From NCBI RefSeq assembly GCF_006345805.1, contig NW_021833044.1:1-64000 (forward strand): 64,000 nucleotides of DNA. Reading direction: 5' to 3'. This document shows, piece after piece, positions 62,780 to 64,000 of the stretch (its first letter is position 1; each line of letters begins with the position of its first letter). The notes beneath the pieces were generated by a model, which saw only the letters and a program-made list of their open reading frames with translations, was not told where the DNA came from and made no database searches. The position numbers and the translations under genes were made by a program. The stretch comes from Octopus sinensis (Eukaryota).

Positions 62780-63330
62780 ATCAAATTCACTTGATTGATT
62801 AGTCATTCTTTGGTATGCCAACCCGGACTGGTCACCATTCCCTCGTGCGTTGCACGTTCGCTGCGTTGCACGTTCGCTGCGTTGCACGTTCGCTGCGTTT
62901 AGAACCAGTCAAATTATTTATGACAAATCGGGGTTTTCTCTGTCTGCCTTTCTTTCGCCTTTCCTCAATTGTTCTTCGAAAAATGGCTTAGGACGTGGAG
63001 TTTTCACGGAATACATGGCCATACCAGGTAAGCTTTCCTATTATCTTTACCTACGCTAGGAGTTGTTTCTCTCTGCCAGCGCATTCGTTAATGTACTGTC
63101 TGACGTAGCTATTTGTGTAGCAGCCTTGAACAGCGCTTGTGCACGAATACCCAGATTCTTCGCTCCACGTTAGCTGTAAGAGCCAAGCTCTCATACCCAT
63201 GCACAAGGATCGACGTCAGCACGGTCTTGTAAGATTCTGAGTCTTGTTTAAAGACCACAAATGCATCTAGAGCAGACAAATATCTTCTAATAGCGCTGAT
63301 GAGAATACTACATCCGCCTTCTTGTGAAGT
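62780..63330 (-). mobile_element. RTE-group LINE 3' fragment, decayed, with (GAT)n tail
   Basis: YKTVLTSILVHGYESLALTANVERRI; KLTWYGHVFR; TIEERRKKGRQRK; three 16-bp tandem units GCGTTGCACGTTCGCT at 62847-62894. Confidence 0.8.
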
Positions 63331-63848
63331 TGGGCGTTTTAATAGCATGTACATACTGCGATATAGTAACTGCTTTGCAATACGGTACACCATCAAGGAT
63401 GTTATCGCCAAACAAATACCGCAGTTAATTTGCTGCGTATACATGTGTGTGTGTGTGTGTGTGTGGTGGTGTGTGTGTGTGCGCGCGCGTCTAATATCGA
63501 ATGAATGAATTACACAGCAAATGAATAAATTCTCTAAACATAACAGAAAGTTTTCTTGCAGTCCAACGTGTCTGGGAGATTTTTTAACAACACGTAATCA
63601 GCATTTGGGTGTAATTATTTTCAAAGTGCTGCCTGCCATTGCAGTGTGATGTTATGAAAGTGGACGTTGCCATCCTCAGCGGAAGTCGCTCTGGATTAAA
63701 TAATGACAATGCACCTTACCTTCAATATTTAAATTCATATCAACACAAGTAATATTGATAGAATATACTCATGATATCTTCTACGAAATGTAAACAGGTC
63801 AGATATAGTTGTTTAAGACAAGCGTAACATATCTACAAATGTTAACCA

Positions 63849-64000
63849 GCGCAGGAGTGGCTGTGTGGTAAGTAGCTTGTTTACCAACCACATGGTTCCG
63901 GGTTCAGTCCCACTGCGTGGCACCTTGGGCAAGTGCCTTCTACTGTAGCCTCGGGCCGACCAAAGCCTTTTGAGTGGATTTGGTAGAAGGAAACTGAAAG
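63849..64000 (+). mobile_element. S1 SINE, cut by the window end
   Basis: GCGCAGGAGTGGCTGTGTGGTAAGTAGCTTG...GGTTCAGTCCCACTGCGTGGCACCTTGGGCAAG. Confidence 0.92.

Noticed and set aside
62675-62887. ORF with dibasic sites (RKR-FFPGLIS-KR) resembling a neuropeptide precursor
   Set aside because: Its N-terminus is the 16-bp tandem repeat and (GAT)n tail of an RTE fragment; no signal peptide or splice support seen.

Overview
Gene-poor, AT-rich eukaryotic DNA made almost entirely of microsatellites and transposon remnants. The tRNA-headed SINE families look like those of octopod cephalopods (inference, no search run). I found no convincing host exon, and most short ORFs in the track are translations of (TA)n, (CA)n, (TATC)n or trinucleotide repeats. 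Main contents: (1) two divergent Tx1-type LINEs in tandem inside a (TATC)n tract (8159-17550), plus a third 3' fragment; (2) Penelope-like elements (PLEs, RT plus GIY-YIG): a full-length but frameshifted copy with an inverted terminal repeat inside (TA)n (36893-41504), and a head-to-head join of 3' fragments from two different PLE families (25745-27890); (3) a set of hammerhead ribozyme folds, three of which carry the same non-canonical CCGANGA core, two of them as tiny solo islands in microsatellite; (4) an (AAT)n hotspot with stacked R4/Dong-like fragments, a mini-Helitron and a SINE (49820-52855); (5) RTE, CR1-like, mariner and DD41D-like relics; (6) a perfect 97-bp hairpin, a near-identical 260-bp inverted duplication 10.7 kb apart, and a 28-bp A/B minisatellite. 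SINE labels S1, S2 and S3 are my working names. All alignments and RNA folds were made by eye.
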